Positions 43,821 to 54,604 of a stretch of 64,000 nucleotides of DNA are shown piece after piece. Where the stretch lies: assembly GCA_963783345.1 (NCBI GenBank), contig CAWANE010000020.1, forward strand, positions 36,236-100,235, in the 5' to 3' direction. Each line of letters begins with the position of its first letter. Position 1 is the first letter of the stretch. A program made the translations under genes and the position numbers. The DNA is from an uncultured Actinomycetes bacterium (GTDB taxonomy: Bacteria > Actinomycetota > Thermoleophilia > Solirubrobacterales > 70-9). Under the pieces are notes generated by a model. That model did no database searches and was not told where the DNA came from. It saw nothing but the letters and a program-made list of their open reading frames with translations.

Positions 43821-45557
43821 TCAGCCGTTCAGCCCCGGCACCGGGTGGCCGTTCTTTTCCACCGCGCATTTGAACGGCGCGGGGTCGAACGGGTCGGTGA
43901 GCGCGCGCCCTTCCGCCACGCCGGTGGCGGGCTTGCCCTTCGCGGCCGGGGTTCCGCGCCCGCACTGGATCCACTTGTCGCGGACGCCGTCGCGAGCGTC
44001 GATCACGTCTTCGCCACCGTTGCCGTAGAAGCTGTCTTCGCCAGGCTGGCCCAGCATTGCGTTGGGCCGGCCGTTGCCGATCAGGACGTCGTTGTCGAAG
44101 GAGCCCTCCATGTCCTCGTCCGACGGCGCGAGGCGAACGTGGTGGCAGCCCTTCACGCCGGTCACCCAGGCGCTGTGCTTGGGGAAGGAGATGATCAGCA
44201 GGCCGGGATGCGCCTGGGTCTCGGCGAAGGAGGCGTCGTCGCGGCCCGGGCCTCCGACCAGCGCCCCGCCGGCGCAGCCGCCGCCGGCGGCCAGCAGGTC
44301 GCCGCCTTCGCCGCCGTAGAGGTAGGTCGGCCCGGGCAGGCCGCCGACCAGGCCGTCGGCGCCGGCGCCGCCGTAGAGCTTGTCGGCGCCGTGGCCGGCC
44401 TCGAAGAGGTCGGGCTCGGGGCCGCCGTGGATGACATCGTTGCCGTTGCCGCCGGCGACCCGGACGAAGCCGACCGCCAGTAGCGAGCCTTCGACCCGGA
44501 AGCTGTCGTTGCCGGGGCCGAGGTCGGCCATCAGCCAGCGCGCCGGTCCCTGCGTCGAGCAGTTGACCTGGTCGGGAAGGTGCGGCGGGTGCACACAGCC
44601 GGGCCCGGCCGCGAGTCGTTCTTTCGCGGTCACCCCGAAGGATTCGCCGGCTTCGTCGTAGGCGACGACGAAATGGTCGTCGCCGCCGCCGGCGACTACC
44701 TGCAGGCCGGCGCCACCACCGGTTGCGGTGGTGTCGAGCGTGACGTAGGCCGACCCCCGCGGCGGCGCTTCCCTGCCGCAGGAGATCGTGGGCCCGTTGG
44801 CCCCGTGGCAGGTGTCGCTGCCCTGGCCGCCGTCGAGGGTGTTGCTCCCACCGCCTCCGAACAGGTGATCGTCACCGGGCCCTCCGTGGATCACGTTGTC
44901 CTGCTTGTTGCCGATCAGGGTGTCGCGGAAGGCCGACCCTTCGAGCGCCTCGAAGCCGAAGAGCTTGTCGTGGCCGTCACCGTACGCCTTGTGGGCGGCC
45001 AGCGAGGCCCAGACCCCGGCCCCCTTGGCGGAGGCGACGTCGGTGGCGAAGGAGGCGACGTCGCCCTTGCCGGCGCCGCCCGACATCCGGTCCCAGCCGT
45101 AGTCGCCATGGACGTAGTCGTCGTTGCCGGGGCCACCGTTGGCGATGTCGATGCCGAGGCCACCGGAGACCTCGTCGCCGTTGCCGGCGCCGCCGAGCAC
45201 CTTGTCGTCGCCGAGGTCGCCGTAGACGCGGTCGGTGCCGTTGCCGCCGTCGACGACGTCGTTGCCGCGGCCGCCGTGGATCACGTCGTTGCCGGCGCCG
45301 CCGCAGATCAGGTCGTTGCCGAGCTCGCCGTAGATCGTGTCGTTGCCGGGCCCTCCCCAGATCACGTCGCGCCCCGGCGTGCCGTGGATCACGTCGTCGC
45401 CACTGGTCCCGACGATCGTCGCCCGCCGCCCATGGCAGCGGTGGACTTCTTCTTCCGGTTCGGCTTCCGCCGCCCCCGCGGTCGCGATCACGACCAGCCC
45501 GGCGGCGATCACCGCCAGCGACAGCACCAGACGGAGACGTGGACGAAGCGTTTTCAA
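43821..45557 (-). CDS. Secreted calcium-binding protein with RTX (hemolysin-type) nonapeptide repeats
   Basis: Signal peptide, then many GGxGxDxxx repeats (GGAGNDVIHGGRGNDVVDGGNGTDRVYG...). Confidence 0.85.
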   Translation of the reverse strand: MKTLRPRLRLVLSLAVIAAGLVVIATAGAAEAEPEEEVHRCHGRRATIVGTSGDDVIHGTPGRDVIWGGPGNDTIYGELGNDLICGGAGNDVIHGGRGNDVVDGGNGTDRVYGDLGDDKVLGGAGNGDEVSGGLGIDIANGGPGNDDYVHGDYGWDRMSGGAGKGDVASFATDVASAKGAGVWASLAAHKAYGDGHDKLFGFEALEGSAFRDTLIGNKQDNVIHGGPGDDHLFGGGGSNTLDGGQGSDTCHGANGPTISCGREAPPRGSAYVTLDTTATGGGAGLQVVAGGGDDHFVVAYDEAGESFGVTAKERLAAGPGCVHPPHLPDQVNCSTQGPARWLMADLGPGNDSFRVEGSLLAVGFVRVAGGNGNDVIHGGPEPDLFEAGHGADKLYGGAGADGLVGGLPGPTYLYGGEGGDLLAAGGGCAGGALVGGPGRDDASFAETQAHPGLLIISFPKHSAWVTGVKGCHHVRLAPSDEDMEGSFDNDVLIGNGRPNAMLGQPGEDSFYGNGGEDVIDARDGVRDKWIQCGRGTPAAKGKPATGVAEGRALTDPFDPAPFKCAVEKNGHPVPGLNG

Positions 45558-45646
45558 AGCAACCCCTTAACCCTGGCGATCGTCAGAAGTTCCTACCAGG
45601 GCAACCAGCATATGGCGTCGGCCAGCCGTTGCCTGGCAAGGACGCA

Positions 45647-45679
45647 GGGAGCACGAATAGCAGCGCTATTCGTGCTCCC
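45647..45679 (-). terminator. 13-bp perfect hairpin downstream of the aldehyde dehydrogenase gene
   Basis: GGGAGCACGAATA-GCAGCGC-TATTCGTGCTCCC. Confidence 0.6.
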
Positions 45680-45700
45680 GAGGACACCGCCAGGCAGCGG

Positions 45701-47068
45701 CTAGGCGCTGCGGATCAGCTTTTTGTTGACGAACTCGTCGGCGCCGTAAGTGCCCAGCTCGCGGCCGAAGCCGGAGCGCTTGAAGCCGCCGAACGGCAGC
45801 TCGGGACTGTCGGCGAGGACGAGGTTGACGTAGACCATGCCGGCTTCGATCTTGTCGGCGACCCGTTCGCCCTGCTCCCTGTCCGTGGTCCACACGTAGG
45901 AGCCGAGCCCGAACGGAGTCTGGTTGGCGAGCTCGACCGCCTCGTCCTCGGATCCGACCCGGTAGACCTGGGCGACGGGGCCGAAGAACTCTTCCTGGGA
46001 GGCGTCGGTCCCGGGCTCGATCCCGGCGAGCAGCGTCGGCTCGAAGAAGTTGCCGTCGCGCTTGCCGCCGACACGAACCTCGGCACCGCCCTCGACCGCC
46101 CGCTTGAGCTGGTCCTCGAGCCGGTCGGCCGCCCGCTCCGAGGAGACCGGGCCGACCGCGGTCCCGTCGGCGGTCGGGTCGCCGGTCTTGGCCTCCGTCA
46201 GCGCCGCCGTGACCTTCTCGACGAACTCGTCGTAGAGGTCGTCGACGACGATGAAGCGCTTGGGCGCGTTGCAGGACTGACCGGCGTTGTCGAGCCGCGC
46301 CTCGACCGCGCCCTGGACCGTGGCGTCGAGGTCGTCGGTGCTGAGCACGATGAAGGGGTCCGAGCCGCCGAGCTCGAGCACGACCTTCTTCAGGTTGCGC
46401 CCGGCGATCTCGGCGACGGCGGCGCCGGCGCGCTCGGAGCCGGTGACCGAGACGCCGTGCACGCGCGGGTCGGCGAGCACCCACTCGATCTGCTCGTTGG
46501 TCGCGTAGATGTTCTCGTAGGCGCCCGCGGGGAAACCGGCGTCGCTGAAGATCTGCTGCATCGCCTCAGCCGATTCCGGGCACTGCGGCGCGTGCTTGAG
46601 CAGGATCGGGTTGCCGATCACCAGGTTCGGCCCGGCGAAGCGGGCGACCTGGTAGTAGGGGAAGTTCCAGGGCATGATCCCGAGCAGTACGCCGAAGGCG
46701 CTGCGGCGCACCATCGCCGTCCCGTCGCCGCCGAGCAGCTTGATCGGCTCGTCGGCCATCAGCTCCTCGGCGTTGTCGGCGTAGAACTCGTAGATCGCGG
46801 CGGCGAACTCGACCTCGCCTACCGCCTGATCCGTGGGCTTGCCCATCTCGCGGACGATGATCTCGGCCAGCTGCTGGCTGCGCTCGTTGTGGAGCTCGGC
46901 GACCCTGCGCACGAGCGCGGCGCGCTCCGCCACGGTCGAGGAGCCCGACCAGGTCCGGTAGGTCTGGTCACAGCGGCCGATCGCCGCCCGCAGGTCGGCG
47001 TCGCCGATCTCCGGGTACTCCTTGACCTTCTCGCCGGTGGCTGGGTTGACTACCGCGTAAGTGCTCAT
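45701..47068 (-). CDS. NAD(P)-dependent aldehyde dehydrogenase, succinate-semialdehyde dehydrogenase-like
   Basis: 455-aa ALDH with ELGGSDP and the catalytic Cys context NAGQSCNAPKR. Confidence 0.85.
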   Translation of the reverse strand: MSTYAVVNPATGEKVKEYPEIGDADLRAAIGRCDQTYRTWSGSSTVAERAALVRRVAELHNERSQQLAEIIVREMGKPTDQAVGEVEFAAAIYEFYADNAEELMADEPIKLLGGDGTAMVRRSAFGVLLGIMPWNFPYYQVARFAGPNLVIGNPILLKHAPQCPESAEAMQQIFSDAGFPAGAYENIYATNEQIEWVLADPRVHGVSVTGSERAGAAVAEIAGRNLKKVVLELGGSDPFIVLSTDDLDATVQGAVEARLDNAGQSCNAPKRFIVVDDLYDEFVEKVTAALTEAKTGDPTADGTAVGPVSSERAADRLEDQLKRAVEGGAEVRVGGKRDGNFFEPTLLAGIEPGTDASQEEFFGPVAQVYRVGSEDEAVELANQTPFGLGSYVWTTDREQGERVADKIEAGMVYVNLVLADSPELPFGGFKRSGFGRELGTYGADEFVNKKLIRSA

Positions 47069-47097
47069 TCAGACCTTCCTCTGCTTCCTCTGGATGC

Positions 47098-48231
47098 TCA
47101 TTTCAAGGTTGGTGCGAGGTCGAGGGCCTCCTCGACCGGCACGTAGTCCATGCCGACTCCCTCCGCGACCGCGGGGTGGGTGACCTTCCCCGCCGCCACG
47201 TTGACCCCCGGGCGCAGGCCCGGGTCCCGCCGGATCGCGTCGACGACCCCGTGGTCGGCGAGCGCGATCGCGTAGGGCAGCGTCGCGTTGGTGAGTGCCT
47301 GAGTCGAGGTGATCGGCACCGCACCCGGCATGTTCGCGACGCAGTAGTGGGTGACCCCGTCGACGTCGAAGGTCGGCTCCCGGTGTGTGGTCGGGCGCGA
47401 GGTCTCGAAGCAGCCGCCCTGGTCGATCGCGACGTCGACCAGGACCGCGCCCGGCTTCATCAGCGCCAGCTGCTCGCGGCGCACGACGAAGGGCGCGCGG
47501 GCGCCGTGGACGAGGACGGCGCCGATCACCAGGTCGGCCCGCGGCAGCATCTCCTCGACCGCCAGGGTGGTCGAGTAGACGGTCGAGCAGCGGCCGCCGA
47601 AGGCGACCTCGAGCTCGCGCAGGCGGTCGATCGAGCGGTCGAAGACGAAGACGTCGGCCTCCATCCCGATCGCGATGAAGGCGGCGTTCATGCCGACCAC
47701 GCCGCCGCCGATCACCATCACGTTCGCGGCGGCGACGCCGGGGACGCCGCCGAGCAGGATGCCGCGGCCGCCGTGCGGCTTCTCCAGCGCGTGGGCGCCG
47801 GCCTGGGTGGCGATCTTGCCGGCGATCTCGCTCATCGGCGCCAGCAGCGGCAGCCGCCCGTGGGCGTCCTCGACCGTCTCGTATGCGACGCAGGTGGCGC
47901 CGGACCCGCAGAGGGCGCGGGTCTGCTCGGGGTCGGGAGCGAGGTGCAGGTAGGTGAAGAGCAGCTGGCCGGGGCGCAGCATCTCGATCTCCGCCGGCTG
48001 CAGCTCCTTGACGTGGATGATCATCTCCGCCTCGGCGAAGATCGCGGCGGCGTCGGGCACGATCTTCGCCCCCTGCGCCGCGTAGTCCCCGTCGGGGATC
48101 GCGCTGCCCTCTCCGGCACCGGACTGGACCAGCACCTCGTGGCCGTGCTCGCTCATTTCGCGCACGCCGGCCGGGGTTATCGCCACCCGGTACTCGTCGG
48201 ACTTGATCTCCGTCGGGACTCCAACTCTCAT
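47098..48231 (-). CDS. ald: Alanine dehydrogenase
   Basis: [23 protein letters not shown]..., NAD fold [14 protein letters not shown]. Confidence 0.9.
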   Translation of the reverse strand: MRVGVPTEIKSDEYRVAITPAGVREMSEHGHEVLVQSGAGEGSAIPDGDYAAQGAKIVPDAAAIFAEAEMIIHVKELQPAEIEMLRPGQLLFTYLHLAPDPEQTRALCGSGATCVAYETVEDAHGRLPLLAPMSEIAGKIATQAGAHALEKPHGGRGILLGGVPGVAAANVMVIGGGVVGMNAAFIAIGMEADVFVFDRSIDRLRELEVAFGGRCSTVYSTTLAVEEMLPRADLVIGAVLVHGARAPFVVRREQLALMKPGAVLVDVAIDQGGCFETSRPTTHREPTFDVDGVTHYCVANMPGAVPITSTQALTNATLPYAIALADHGVVDAIRRDPGLRPGVNVAAGKVTHPAVAEGVGMDYVPVEEALDLAPTLK

Positions 48232-49784
48232 GCAACCAACTCCCTAGCTCGCAGTGCCAACCAAAACTCGATCCGGTCGTGCGCGCGCGAGAGGTCGCGG
48301 CCGGTCAGCTCTTCGACCTTGCGCATCCGGTAGCGCAGCGTGTGCCGGTGGCAGTAGACCTGGCGGGCGGCTTTCTCCCACTGGCCGTTCTGCTCGATGA
48401 AGGCCTCCAGCGAGCGCAGCAGCTCGCCGCCGTACTCCTCGTCGCCCTTCTCGATCGGGCCGAGGACGCTGTCGCAGTAGAGGTTGAGCGCGTCGTCGTC
48501 CTGGATCGACAGCAGCAGCGTGAACGCGCCCAGGTCCCGCCAGGAGGCGACCTCCGGAGCGGCGCCGTTGTCGAAGGCGGTGGCCTCGAGGGCGCAGCGC
48601 GCTTCGTGGAAGGAGTGGCGCAGTGCCTCCGGCGGCGCCGGCCGGCTGGCGGCGACGCGGACCCCGCCCCGTTCCGGGGCGAGCGCGCGGCGCGCCTCGG
48701 CGGCGACGTCGATCGGGTCGCGGTCGGCGGCGTCGATCACCGCGCAGAGCAGCTCGCGGCCGCCGGTGGCGTGGGGCGCCACCACGGCCGGGCAGGCGTC
48801 GGCGGCGAGCGCCCGTTCGAGGGCGCTCGAGGCGGCGGCCGGGTGCTCGAGCGAGAAGACGAGGACGGCGGCCTCTTCGCCGATCCCGAACGGCTCCAGC
48901 CGGCGGTGCAGCTCGCTCGGCTCCATGCGGCCGCCCAGCGCCCCGGCGAGCACGTCGCCGGCCAGGCGCCGCTCGGTCTCGCGGGCGACGCGGCGGCGCA
49001 TCAGCTCGAGGGCAACGACGGCGACGGCCTGCTGCAGGATCAGCCGCTCGAAATCGCCGAGGCCGCCGGAGTCGCGCACGATCACCACCCAGGCCTGGGG
49101 CGGGCCGCCGCCGGGGGAGACCACCGGGTGGGCGAGCGCCCGGCCCGCGACCGAGGGGTGGGAGGGGATGAAGGGGTGCCCGTCGGCGGCGTGGGCCAGC
49201 GCCTCCTTGCGGATGCCGCCGATCGCGTCAGCCGAGAGCTGGCGGCGGAAGCCGCGGCCGGCGAGCCGCTCGCCGCGGCCGTCGAGGATCGCCACGGTGC
49301 CACCGACCGCGGAGGCGATCGTCGCCGCGATTTCCTCCAGCCCGCGCTCCTCCAGGACCAGCCGCTCGAGCCGGCGCTGGACCGCGATCCCCCGCTGCAG
49401 CACCTCGTACTGCTCGTTGACGAGCCGGGCGAAGGCTTTCTCGGTGATCGCGATGAACGGGGTCGAGTACGGCACCTCGAAGAGTGGGAACTCCCGCTTC
49501 TCCGCCTCGTCGACCAGCGCCTTCGGCAGGCGGCGATGGGTGAAGCCGGTGCCGAAGCCGAGGCCGGCGAGGTTGCGGTCGGCGAGGATCTTGACGAAGG
49601 CCCGCTGCTTGGCCGCGGTGTCCAACGGGATCCCCGTGGTCAGCATCAGCTCACCACCCGAGAGCCAGGGCGTCGGGTCCTGCAGCTCGGAGATGTGGAC
49701 CCAGCGGACCGGCGCGGCCGAGGCCTTGGAGCCGGCCGCGAGTTCTAGGTCGAGCTCATCGAGCAGGCTCTGGACGGTGAGCAC
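48228..49784 (-). CDS. PucR-family transcriptional regulator
   Basis: Typical PucR length with C-terminal [27 protein letters not shown]. The stop overlaps the ald start (ATGA). Confidence 0.85.
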   Translation of the reverse strand: MLTVQSLLDELDLELAAGSKASAAPVRWVHISELQDPTPWLSGGELMLTTGIPLDTAAKQRAFVKILADRNLAGLGFGTGFTHRRLPKALVDEAEKREFPLFEVPYSTPFIAITEKAFARLVNEQYEVLQRGIAVQRRLERLVLEERGLEEIAATIASAVGGTVAILDGRGERLAGRGFRRQLSADAIGGIRKEALAHAADGHPFIPSHPSVAGRALAHPVVSPGGGPPQAWVVIVRDSGGLGDFERLILQQAVAVVALELMRRRVARETERRLAGDVLAGALGGRMEPSELHRRLEPFGIGEEAAVLVFSLEHPAAASSALERALAADACPAVVAPHATGGRELLCAVIDAADRDPIDVAAEARRALAPERGGVRVAASRPAPPEALRHSFHEARCALEATAFDNGAAPEVASWRDLGAFTLLLSIQDDDALNLYCDSVLGPIEKGDEEYGGELLRSLEAFIEQNGQWEKAARQVYCHRHTLRYRMRKVEELTGRDLSRAHDRIEFWLALRARELVA

Positions 49785-49793
49785 GGCACTCTC

Positions 49794-51173
49794 CTAGCCG
49801 ACGGTCCGGTCCCAGGCCTCGGCGAGCACGGTCGAGAGGACGTCGTGGATCTCTTCGAACTGCTCGGTGTCGGCGATCAGCGGCGGCGCCAGCTGCACCA
49901 CCGGGTCGCCGCGATCGTCGGCGCGGCAGATCAGGCCCCGCTTGTAGAGCTCGCCGGAGAGGAAGCCGCGCAGCAGCTGCTCGGCCTCCTCGTGGCTGAA
50001 GCTTTCCTTGCTGTCCCTGTCTTTGACCAGCTCGATCGCGTGGAAGTAGCCGGCGCCGCGCACGTCGCCGACGATCGGCAGCTCCTTGAGGCTCTCCAGC
50101 ATCTGCCGGAACTCGCTCTCCTTGGCGCGCACGTGGCCGCAGAGGTCCTCGTTCTCGAAGACGTCGAGGTTGGCCATCGCGACCGCGGCGGCGATCGGGT
50201 GCCCGGCGAAGGTGAAGCCGTGGGCGAAGGAGTTGTTGCCCTCCAGGAACGGCTCGGCGACCCGGTCGGAGGCGATCACGCCTCCCATCGGAGCGTAGGC
50301 GGAGGTGATCCCCTTGGCGACCGTGATCATGTCGGGCTGGTAGCCGAACCGTTCGCAGCCGAAGTAGTGGCCGAGGCGGCCCCAGGCGCAGATCACCTCG
50401 TCGGAGATCATCAGCACGTCGTGGCGGTCGCAGATCTCGCGCACCCGCTGGAAGTAGCCGTCGGGCGGGACGAAGCAGCCGCCGGCGTTCTGGACCGGCT
50501 CGAGGATCACCGCGGCGACGGTCTCCGGGCCCTCGAATTCGATCCGCTCCTCGATCGCGTTCGCCGCCCAGAGCGGGTGACGGTCCTCGGGCCAGCGGTA
50601 GACGTTGGTGTTGGGGACGTGGCAGCCGCCCGGCGTCAGCGGCTCGAACTGGCTGCGCAGGGAGGTGATGCCGGTCGCCGAGAGCGCCCCGAGCGAGGTG
50701 CCGTGGTAGGCGACCTCGCGGGCGATCACCTTGTGCTTCTGGCCTTTGCCGTGGAGCCGGTGGTAGTTGCGCGACAGCTTCAGCGCCGACTCGACCGACT
50801 CCGAGCCGCCGGAGGTGAAGAAGACGCGGTTCAGTTCGCCGGGGGCGAGCGCCGCGATCCGGGCGGCGAGCTCGATCGCCCGCGGGTGGGCGTAGCTCCA
50901 CAGGGTGAAGAAGTCGAGCTCTTCGATCTGCTTCGCGGCGGCCTCGCCCAGCTCGGTGCGGCCGTGGCCGGCGTTGACGCAGAAGAGGCCGGAGAGCCCG
51001 TCGAGGTAGCGGTTGCCGTGCTCGTCGTAGACGTAGCAGCCGTCGGCCCGGGTGATGATCGGGATCTCGTGGTCGGGCCCGTAGCTGCCCATCCGGGAGA
51101 AGTGCATCCACAGATGGCGCTGGGCGATCTTCTGAAGCTCGGTTCCTGCTGGGGCCTGTGAAGCCGTGGCCAT
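49794..51173 (-). CDS. Class III (omega) aminotransferase
   Basis: PLP-enzyme motifs (ISDEVICAWGRLG, and TVAKGITSAY with the Lys). ATG 51173 is preceded by GAGGAG. Confidence 0.9.
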   Translation of the reverse strand: MATASQAPAGTELQKIAQRHLWMHFSRMGSYGPDHEIPIITRADGCYVYDEHGNRYLDGLSGLFCVNAGHGRTELGEAAAKQIEELDFFTLWSYAHPRAIELAARIAALAPGELNRVFFTSGGSESVESALKLSRNYHRLHGKGQKHKVIAREVAYHGTSLGALSATGITSLRSQFEPLTPGGCHVPNTNVYRWPEDRHPLWAANAIEERIEFEGPETVAAVILEPVQNAGGCFVPPDGYFQRVREICDRHDVLMISDEVICAWGRLGHYFGCERFGYQPDMITVAKGITSAYAPMGGVIASDRVAEPFLEGNNSFAHGFTFAGHPIAAAVAMANLDVFENEDLCGHVRAKESEFRQMLESLKELPIVGDVRGAGYFHAIELVKDRDSKESFSHEEAEQLLRGFLSGELYKRGLICRADDRGDPVVQLAPPLIADTEQFEEIHDVLSTVLAEAWDRTVG

Positions 51174-51212
51174 TCGACTCTCCTCTCGGGCTACGACGAT
51201 ATGGACAAAGCT

Positions 51213-51227
51213 AGTGCCAGTCTGGCA
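51213..51227. promoter_or_regulatory. Perfect 7-1-7 palindrome about 40 nt upstream of the aminotransferase start
   Basis: GTGCCAG-T-CTGGCAC. Confidence 0.4.
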
Positions 51228-51267
51228 CAGGCGCAAGTGGTCAAAGGGTCAAGCACGGGCCTGGGCG

Positions 51268-51284
51268 TTGTACATTACGTACAA
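51268..51284. promoter_or_regulatory. 6-5-6 palindrome in the divergent promoter region
   Basis: TTGTAC-ATTAC-GTACAA. Confidence 0.35.
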
Positions 51285-51430
51285 GCCTTAGCTGTGCTTT
51301 TGGGACATTCGCCACTTGCACGGTGATCCAATGGGGCTTACCGTCGCGAAGTGGCGCGTCTTCCCGGAGCGTTCCGGGTCGAAAGAGGAATTCACAAGCT
51401 GGTGGTCCCGGCGGAGAGATAGGAGTGGGA

Positions 51431-52591
51431 ATGGAGAACCAGACGTCCAGCGTCGAGCTGCGTGGCGTGACCAAGCGCTTCGACGAGTTCGTCGCCGTCG
51501 ACGACCTCAGCCTCGACCTGGGGCAGGGCGAGTTCTTCACCCTGCTCGGCCCCAGCGGCTGCGGCAAGACGACGACGCTGCGGATGATCGCCGGCTTCGA
51601 GCGGCCGAGCGAGGGCGAAATCCGGATCGGGGGCGACGACGTCGCGGCGCTGCCGCCGCACAAGCGCCCGACCAACACCGTCTTTCAGAGCTACGCGCTC
51701 TTCCCCCACCTCAGCGTCGAGGCCAACGTCGCCTTCGGGCTGAAGCGCAAGGGGGTCGGCAAGGACGAGATCGCCGAGCGGGTGGCCGCCGAGCTGCAGC
51801 GGGTCGGCCTCGCCGCCGACGCCAACCGCCGCCCCTCGCAGCTCTCGGGCGGGATGCAGCAGCGGGTGGCGCTGGCGCGGGCGCTGGTCAACCTGCCCAA
51901 GGTGCTGCTGCTCGACGAGCCGCTCGGCGCCCTCGACCTGAAGCTGCGCAAGGGGCTGCAGGTGGAGTTGAAGCGGATCCAGCGCGAGGTCGGGATCACC
52001 TTCGTCTACGTCACCCACGACCAGGAGGAGGCGCTGACGATGAGCGACCGGATCGCGGTGATGAACCGCGGCCGGGTCGAGCAGGTGGCGGCGCCGGAGG
52101 AGGTCTACGAGCGGCCCACCACGACCTTCGTGGCCGGCTTCATCGGCGTCTCCAACCTGATGCCGGCGACGGTCTCGGGACCCGGCCAGGTGAGGCTGGA
52201 GCAGGGGCCGGAGGTCGGTGGCGACACCGGCACGATGTCCCCCGGCGAGGCCTGCTTCGCGGTCGTGCGGCCGGAGAAGCTGCGGGTCGAGCTGGCCGGC
52301 GACACGGCCGCGTCCGGCAACGGCCTGCCGCGGATCGAGGGCGTCGTCGAGAGCTCCCTCTACCTGGGGACGGCGACGCAGATCGTCGTCGGCCTCGGCG
52401 AGGACGTGCGGATGACGGTCCTGGTCCCCAACGCGGACGAGGACGAGCGCCAGCGCCTGCCGGGCGGCGGCGCCCGGGTGGTCCTGAGCTGGGAGCCCGA
52501 GCACATGCACATGGTGCGCGAGTCCCCGCCGGACGGAGCTGTGGCAGGAGCTGCGGAAACTGCAAACGAGCAAGAGAGGGTGAGTCGATGA
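51431..52591 (+). CDS. potA: Spermidine/putrescine-type ABC transporter ATPase
   Basis: Walker A GPSGCGKTT, signature LSGGMQQR, Walker B LLLDEP. ATG 51431 is chosen. Confidence 0.9.
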   Translation: MENQTSSVELRGVTKRFDEFVAVDDLSLDLGQGEFFTLLGPSGCGKTTTLRMIAGFERPSEGEIRIGGDDVAALPPHKRPTNTVFQSYALFPHLSVEANVAFGLKRKGVGKDEIAERVAAELQRVGLAADANRRPSQLSGGMQQRVALARALVNLPKVLLLDEPLGALDLKLRKGLQVELKRIQREVGITFVYVTHDQEEALTMSDRIAVMNRGRVEQVAAPEEVYERPTTTFVAGFIGVSNLMPATVSGPGQVRLEQGPEVGGDTGTMSPGEACFAVVRPEKLRVELAGDTAASGNGLPRIEGVVESSLYLGTATQIVVGLGEDVRMTVLVPNADEDERQRLPGGGARVVLSWEPEHMHMVRESPPDGAVAGAAETANEQERVSR

Positions 52592-53751
52592 GCAAGAGAA
52601 TCACTGGCAGGGGGGTGCCGGCCCTGGCGGCCCTGATCGCCGTGCTGGTTCTGGCATTGGGCCTGGCCGCGTGCGGCGGAGGCGGTGTCGAAGGCGGCAG
52701 CGGCAGCAGCAGCGGCGGCGAATCGAAGACCGTGGAACTCGAAGGCAAGGCGAGCGGCAACCTGACGATCTCCAACTGGCCGCTCTACATCGACAAGCAG
52801 ACCGTCCCCGACTTCGAAAAGGAAACCGGGATCAAGGTCAAGTACATCGAAGACGTCAACTCCAACGAAGAGTTCTTCGCGAAGATGCAGCCGCTCCTCT
52901 CGAAGGGCGAATCGGGGGGCCGCAGCCTGTTCGTCGTCACCGACTGGATGGTGAACAAAATGCACGAACTCGGCTACCTCCAGAACTTCGACAAGTCGGC
53001 GCTGCCGGAATTCGAAAAGAACCTCGTCTCGAACCTGCAGCATCCCGAATACGACCCGAACCGGGAATTCAGCGCCCCCTGGCAGAGCGGGATGACCGGG
53101 CTGATCGTCAACAAGGAACTGGCACCGGAAGTCCACACGATCTGCGACCTCTTCAACCCCAAGTACAAGGGCAAGGTCGAGATGCTGAACGAACTCAGGG
53201 ACACGGTGCCGCTGGTCATGAAGTGCGAAGGCAAGGACCCCGACAAGGCGAGCGAAGCCGACTGGCTGAAGGCGATCGAAAAAATCGGCAAGGCGGCCGA
53301 ATCGGGGCAGATCCGCCGCTTCACCGGCAACGACTACGGCGCTGACCTGACCAACGGCAACGCCGCCGCGGTGATCGGCTGGTCGGGTGACGCGGTCCAG
53401 CTGCAGGCCGACAACCCGAACCTCGAATGGCGGATGCCGGAAGAAGGCTGCATCCTCTGGTCGGACAACATGGTGATCCCGGTCGGGGCGCCGAACCCGA
53501 CCGCCGCCGAGGCCTGGATCAACTACGTGTACGAACCGGTCCACGAGGCGCAGATCGAGGCCTACGTGAACTACGTCAGCCCGGTCGAAGGCGTGAAACA
53601 GGTTCTGCTCAAGGAAGAACCGGAAATCGCCAAGAACCAGCTGATCTTCCCGAGCAAGTCATTCACGAAGAACTGCTCGATCCAGCCCTCGCTCGGCGGT
53701 GAAGAGGAACAGAACATCAACCGCGCCTTCAACGCGGTTCTCAACGGGTAG
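52588..53751 (+). CDS. potD: Polyamine ABC transporter substrate-binding lipoprotein
   Basis: Lipobox LGLAAC. PotD/PotF-like body. The ATG overlaps the potA stop (ATGA). Confidence 0.85.
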   Translation: MSKRITGRGVPALAALIAVLVLALGLAACGGGGVEGGSGSSSGGESKTVELEGKASGNLTISNWPLYIDKQTVPDFEKETGIKVKYIEDVNSNEEFFAKMQPLLSKGESGGRSLFVVTDWMVNKMHELGYLQNFDKSALPEFEKNLVSNLQHPEYDPNREFSAPWQSGMTGLIVNKELAPEVHTICDLFNPKYKGKVEMLNELRDTVPLVMKCEGKDPDKASEADWLKAIEKIGKAAESGQIRRFTGNDYGADLTNGNAAAVIGWSGDAVQLQADNPNLEWRMPEEGCILWSDNMVIPVGAPNPTAAEAWINYVYEPVHEAQIEAYVNYVSPVEGVKQVLLKEEPEIAKNQLIFPSKSFTKNCSIQPSLGGEEEQNINRAFNAVLNG

Positions 53752-53755
53752 CACG

Positions 53756-54604
53756 ATGAGGCGCCGGGCCGTCCCATATTTCCTGCTGGGGCCGGGGGCG
53801 GTCTGGCTCGTCCTCTTCTTCGTCGTCCCCCTGTACTACATGGGGAAACTGTCGCTGAACGCGGGCACGTTCGGGAGCTTCCACTTCAACTGGCACTGGA
53901 AGAACTACTCGGACGCGCTCTCGCTCTACGACACCCAGTTCGTGCGGTCCTTCGTCTACTCGGGGATCGCAACGGCGATCGCGTTGCTGCTCGCCTACCC
54001 GCTGGCCTACACGATCGCCTTCAAGGCGGGCAGGTGGCGCAACGCGATGCTGTTCGCGGTGGTGGCGCCGTTCTTCACCACCTACCTGATCCGAACCCTG
54101 GCCTGGGAGACGATCCTCGCCGACGACAGCCCGGTCGTGAGCGTGCTGAAGGCGGTGGGGCTCGCCCCCAGCGGCCACGTCCTCGCGACCGGGCCGGCGG
54201 TGATCGCCGGCCTCACCTACAACTACCTGCCGTTCATGGTGCTGCCCTTGTACGCCAGCCTGGAGCGGCTCGACGTGCGCCTGATCGAGGCCGCCAAGGA
54301 CCTCTACTCAAGCGCCAGTCAGGCGTTCATGCGGGTGACGCTGCCGCTCTCGGCGCCGGGAATCGTCGCCGGCACCCTGCTCACCTTCATCCCCGCCACC
54401 GGCGACTACATCAACGCCCAGTTCCTCGGCAGCTCGAGCAACCAGATGATCGGCAACGTGATCCAATCGCTCTACCTCAAACAATCGGACTACCCGGCGG
54501 CGGCGGCGCTCTCCTTCGTGCTGATGGCCCTGATCATGGCCATCGTCATCACCTACATCCGCTTCGCCGGCTCCGAGGCGCTGATGGGGGAGGAGGCGGC
54601 ATGA
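53756..54604 (+). CDS. potB: Polyamine ABC transporter permease
   Basis: Six TM helices and EAA-loop IEAAKDLYSS. Confidence 0.85.
   Translation: MRRRAVPYFLLGPGAVWLVLFFVVPLYYMGKLSLNAGTFGSFHFNWHWKNYSDALSLYDTQFVRSFVYSGIATAIALLLAYPLAYTIAFKAGRWRNAMLFAVVAPFFTTYLIRTLAWETILADDSPVVSVLKAVGLAPSGHVLATGPAVIAGLTYNYLPFMVLPLYASLERLDVRLIEAAKDLYSSASQAFMRVTLPLSAPGIVAGTLLTFIPATGDYINAQFLGSSSNQMIGNVIQSLYLKQSDYPAAAALSFVLMALIMAIVITYIRFAGSEALMGEEAA

Noticed and set aside
51172-51182. TTCGACTCTC shared between the aminotransferase 5' region and the 23279-23288 repeat
   Set aside because: It is a single 10-mer with no flanking similarity, and it overlaps the RBS of the aminotransferase gene. A chance match is plausible.
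51316-52587. 811-aa ORF fusing an alternative frame over potA to the binding-protein gene
   Set aside because: The upstream part is an Arg-rich out-of-frame reading of potA. The lipoprotein signal and lipobox start at ATG 52588, which overlaps the potA stop.
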